In this document: in pieces, positions 29,831-32,000 of the stretch
How the letters are laid out: the number at the start of each line of letters is the position of its first letter
Position numbering within the stretch: position 1 is the first letter of the stretch
Notes under the pieces: generated by a model
Seen by the model: the letters and a program-made list of their open reading frames with translations, nothing else
Told to the model about the DNA's origin: nothing
The model's database searches: none
Program-made: the position numbers and the translations under genes
Assembly (NCBI GenBank): GCA_043808785.1
Contig: JAZDEL010000001.1
Location: 120,001 to 152,000, forward strand
Direction: 5' to 3'
DNA from: Candidatus Iainarchaeum sp.
GTDB lineage: Archaea > Iainarchaeota > Iainarchaeia > Iainarchaeales > JAZDEL01
DNA: 32,000 nucleotides

Positions 29831-30211
29831 TTATTGCGTGCTGGAAACGACTTCCGCCTTCTCGACGCCCGGCACGCTTTCCGCGAGCTCCTTTATCTTC
29901 TGCAGGAAGTAGCCCATCACCGGGCAGGCAACGGTTGTCGGGGTGAAGTGCACTGTTGCCTTTCCGCCCTTAACCTCTATCTTTTTCACAAGCCCCATTT
30001 CAACTATGTCTATTCCCGTGTGGGGGTCGATTATAAGCCTCAGTTTTTCGCGGATTTTTGCCTCTGTGCCGCCCGCGGCGGAACCCGCCTTTGCCCTGCC
30101 GCCCTTTGCAGCGGGCTTTGCCGAACCCCTGCCTGTATGCCCTGCTTTCGCCCTGCCCTTTGCCGAACCAGCCTTAACCCTGCGGGTCCTTGTTTTCCTT
30201 TTCGAAGCCAT
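29831..30211 (-). CDS. DUF59/MIP18-family (Fe-S cluster assembly-associated) protein with a ~50-aa basic low-complexity N-terminal extension
   Basis: The core IIDPHTGIDIVEMGLVKKIEV..GKATVHFTPTTVACPVMGYF matches the DUF59 pattern (iDPe.g.div.lGlv...v.mtlT...CP). The N-terminus is MASKRKTRTRRVKAGSAKGRAKAGHTGRGSAKPAAKGGRAKAG... Confidence 0.8.
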   Translation of the reverse strand: MASKRKTRTRRVKAGSAKGRAKAGHTGRGSAKPAAKGGRAKAGSAAGGTEAKIREKLRLIIDPHTGIDIVEMGLVKKIEVKGGKATVHFTPTTVACPVMGYFLQKIKELAESVPGVEKAEVVSSTQ

Positions 30212-30507
30212 GATATAACCACCTCTTGAATCCCTTTAAACTTAACGCTTTTGCAGGTATTTGTGGCAGTTTCCTACAAACTGCTTAAATATCTGCGGAA
30301 ATGCTTAAATACTTCATTTACTGTTCCTTATACGCGGCAGGAACAAACTTTTTAGCAAGACTGCGGCGCCTCCTTCCGAAAGGCAAGTCAAATACTTCGG
30401 AAACAGGTATTGTTAAACGGGAGGGCAAACAAGGCGGTGATGAGCGCAGTAGTGGGAAAAAAGGTCAGTACGCCCCCGAGGGCTGGATTAAAGATGTTGT
30501 GTTAGCC

Positions 30508-31008
30508 ATGGGCAAGTTTCCGCTCGAAGAGACCCAAAATCACGCACATGTTGTCATGGATGCCCTGAAGTCCAAAGAAGTAGGCTGGGGTAAAGTTCGC
30601 CCCTCGATAGAATACTTAAAAGAATTTATTGCACAAATTGAGAGAGTTGGCGAGGAATCCGGAAAATCAGGCAGGAACTTTCTCAGGTCGGGGGCAGTGG
30701 TGCCTGCGGAATTCGCCCCTTTGCTTGAACGGGTTGTCTGGGTGACGGATGAGTGCGAGATGCTGGTCGAGCGTGTCAGGAGAAAAAAGGGGGTTGATGA
30801 TGACATTACCGCGCGCGCAAGGCTGCCGAAGGGAACGCAATGTGGACAGGCGATACGAAGGCGCGGAAGAGCGCAGAAGCAGTCACAAAAAAGTGACAAA
30901 AATCGTGAATTATGGCGGTTAAGCCTCTTCGGATTTTTGCCCTCTCCCAAACTATTTAAAGGTTTCTTATTTGAATATATCAGCCGGTTCAGCGGGGGAG
31001 TAGCTTAG
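30508..31008 (+). CDS. Hypothetical protein (uncertain; 3' end reads through the tRNA-Ile promoter and into the tRNA)
   Basis: The ORF is open from 30301, but ATG 30301 sits inside a GCTTAAATA TATA-like box, so internal ATG 30508 (MGKFPLEETQNH...) is more plausible. No motif was recognised. The last 15 nt overlap the tRNA. Confidence 0.3.
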   Translation: MGKFPLEETQNHAHVVMDALKSKEVGWGKVRPSIEYLKEFIAQIERVGEESGKSGRNFLRSGAVVPAEFAPLLERVVWVTDECEMLVERVRRKKGVDDDITARARLPKGTQCGQAIRRRGRAQKQSQKSDKNRELWRLSLFGFLPSPKLFKGFLFEYISRFSGGVA

Positions 31009-31068
31009 CCTGGTTGGAGCATTCGGCTGATAACCGAAAGGTCGTGAGTTCAAATCTCATCTCCCCCA
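30994..31068 (+). tRNA. tRNA-Ile (anticodon GAU), 75 nt, no encoded CCA
   Basis: The sequence is GGGGGAGTAGCTTAGCCTGGTTGGAGCATTCGGCTGATAACCGAAAGGTCGTGAGTTCAAATCTCATCTCCCCCA. The acceptor stem is GGGGGAG/CTCCCCC. The anticodon stem is TTCGG/CCGAA with loop CT-GAT-AA. The T-arm is GTGAG-TTCAAAT-CTCAT. A TATTTAAA box lies at 30953-30960. Confidence 0.9.
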
Positions 31069-31129
31069 CTTAGGTGCAGGTTAGTAGGGCTGCAAGCCGT
31101 ACGGATCACGCCCGGATCCTTCCGGGCTT

Positions 31130-31148
31130 AAATCTCATCCCCCCCACT
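31130..31148 (+). repeat. Duplicate of the tRNA-Ile 3' end (18/19 match to 31052-31070)
   Basis: aaatctcatcCccccccact aligns with aaatctcatcTcccccact. The copy cannot form a T-arm with its upstream sequence. Confidence 0.7.
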
Positions 31149-31189
31149 CCGGATTTTCGGTTAGGCAAGGAACCCGCCAAACCGCGCCG

Positions 31190-31204
31190 TTTTTTTGGTT
31201 TTTA
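31190..31204 (+). terminator. Oligo-T tract (T7 GG T5) between the convergent tRNA-Ile and the regulator gene
   Basis: The sequence is cgccgTTTTTTTggTTTTTa. Archaeal RNA polymerases terminate at oligo-T. Confidence 0.4.
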
Positions 31205-31741
31205 TAGCTCTTCCCAAACTTCCGCGAAGTTATCCACCATCTCATCGAGGAAGCTCTTCCTGTGCTCCACAATGAGTTCCGCTGTTTTGCCCTTGTCCGT
31301 GAGGTAGAAAAAGCTCTTCCTCCCCCGCCTGCGCTTTTCAACAATCTTCGCCTCAATAAGCTTGTTCAGGTGCCACGAGGTTGTCGGCGGGGAGAGGCCG
31401 ACAGCCTTTGAAATCGAAAGGTTGTTGGACCTTTTGTGCGTGAGCAGGTGCAGCACTATCTTGCGTATGCTATCCTGCCTCAGGAGCGACATTTCCTTTC
31501 CCTGTTCGCCCAATTGCTTGCCCCTTACCGAAAAATATCGGACGAACTTCCCGTCTTTCTCCGCCCTCAAAAGCTGGCTCTTCCGCAGGAATTCCAAATG
31601 ATACTGAAGCGCCCCTACCCCGACGCCTGTCCTGCGCTGTATTTCGCGGAAGTGCAGTGCGGGTGATTTATCTATAGTTTCGTAAATCTTCCTGCGCACA
31701 TCTAAAGCGAGCGCGGAGTCATCCTCTTCCATTGGCGGCAC
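31202..31741 (-). CDS. Transcriptional regulator with two ArsR-like winged-helix domains
   Basis: wHTH 1 is ALHFREIQRRTGVGVGALQYHLEFLRKSQLLRAEKDGKFVRYF. wHTH 2 is LSISKAVGLSPPTTSWHLNKLIEAKIVEKRRRGRKSFFYL. The GTG start at 31741 abuts the stop of the upstream membrane gene; the alternative start is ATG 31732. Confidence 0.75.
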   Translation of the reverse strand: MPPMEEDDSALALDVRRKIYETIDKSPALHFREIQRRTGVGVGALQYHLEFLRKSQLLRAEKDGKFVRYFSVRGKQLGEQGKEMSLLRQDSIRKIVLHLLTHKRSNNLSISKAVGLSPPTTSWHLNKLIEAKIVEKRRRGRKSFFYLTDKGKTAELIVEHRKSFLDEMVDNFAEVWEEL

Positions 31742-32000
31742 CTACTTCCTGAATATCGCAAAGAACAGGGTTGCCAGTATGGCAAGTTCAAAAACATTCT
31801 CCGCAGGGTCGGCAAGGAAACTGCCTGGTGAAATGTACATATCTATTATTTTTATGCCCCACTTGAGCGCGAAGAAAAAGAACGCAAGCGCCACAAAAGT
31901 CAGGCGTGCCGAGCCCTTTTTCCGCATTGCGAGCAGCGCAACGGAGAGCATTGCCAGCGAAAGAATGAAAACCAGCAGCTTTATGTAAAGGTCGAAGCCG
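31742..32000 (-). CDS. Small hydrophobic membrane protein, 5' end outside the window
   Basis: The frame is open to the window edge. It encodes hydrophobic helices (LLVFILSLAMLSVALLAM, LTFVALAFFFFAL, FELAILATLFFAIF). The stop TAG at 31742-31744 is directly adjacent to the regulator start. Confidence 0.5.
   Translation of the reverse strand, partial: GFDLYIKLLVFILSLAMLSVALLAMRKKGSARLTFVALAFFFFALKWGIKIIDMYISPGSFLADPAENVFELAILATLFFAIFRK

Noticed and set aside
30301-30507. Upstream 69 codons of the 30301-31008 ORF
   Set aside because: ATG 30301 lies inside a GCTTAAATA TATA-like box, and a second box sits 18 nt upstream. The encoded N-terminus has no coding character. Only the part from ATG 30508 is retained, at low confidence.
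1-32000. Integrase, transposase or IS element that would explain the tRNA 3'-end duplications and the repeat-bracketed cassette
   Set aside because: No ORF in any frame shows tyrosine/serine recombinase or DDE transposase-like motifs, and no terminal inverted repeats flank the cassette. The rearrangements remain unexplained within this window.

Overview
GC-rich segment that looks archaeal. It carries archaea-specific gatE, a CDP-alcohol phosphatidyltransferase, tRNAs without encoded CCA, TTTAWATA-type promoter boxes about 25-45 nt upstream of start codons, and several apparently leaderless genes. No rRNA, CRISPR array, integrase or transposase is visible. There are three zones. (1) 1-5.9 kb is a toxin-antitoxin/defence-type patch of visibly lower GC: a partial AbiEii-like gene overlapped by an AbiEi-like gene, a DUF4143-type AAA+ ATPase, a canonical AbiEi-AbiEii pair, and a wHTH-MNT/HEPN pair. 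The MNT/HEPN cassette is bracketed by a 310-350 bp direct repeat that duplicates the terminator, promoter and signal-peptide coding start of the downstream giant gene. (2) 6.1-24.4 kb is a cell-surface island. It holds a 9.8 kb gene for a 3,262-aa membrane-anchored protein made of five copies of an unassigned ~430-aa module plus Ig-like domains, with signs of intragenic gene conversion. Next comes a decayed patch (start-less Fic gene, nucleotidyltransferase fragment, AT-rich hairpin). A minus-strand operon follows, with two paralogous single-pass surface proteins that share a cytoplasmic coiled-coil tail, followed by a KaiC/RecA-like ATPase. Finally a divergent pair of surface proteins shares domains with each other and with the giant protein. 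(3) 24.5-32 kb is housekeeping: CDP-alcohol phosphatidyltransferase, gatE, NAD(P)H-hydrate dehydratase, cupin, carbamate kinase, tRNA-Gln, DUF59 protein, tRNA-Ile, and a double-wHTH regulator with a membrane protein. Both tRNA genes are followed by duplicated copies of their own 3' ends. At tRNA-Gln, tRNA-like minihelices run exactly up to the arcC start codon. Best candidates for novelty are the giant modular surface protein, the surface-protein/KaiC-like operon, the repeat-bracketed TA cassette, and the tRNA-like elements abutting arcC. All family calls come from motif reading only; no database search was run.
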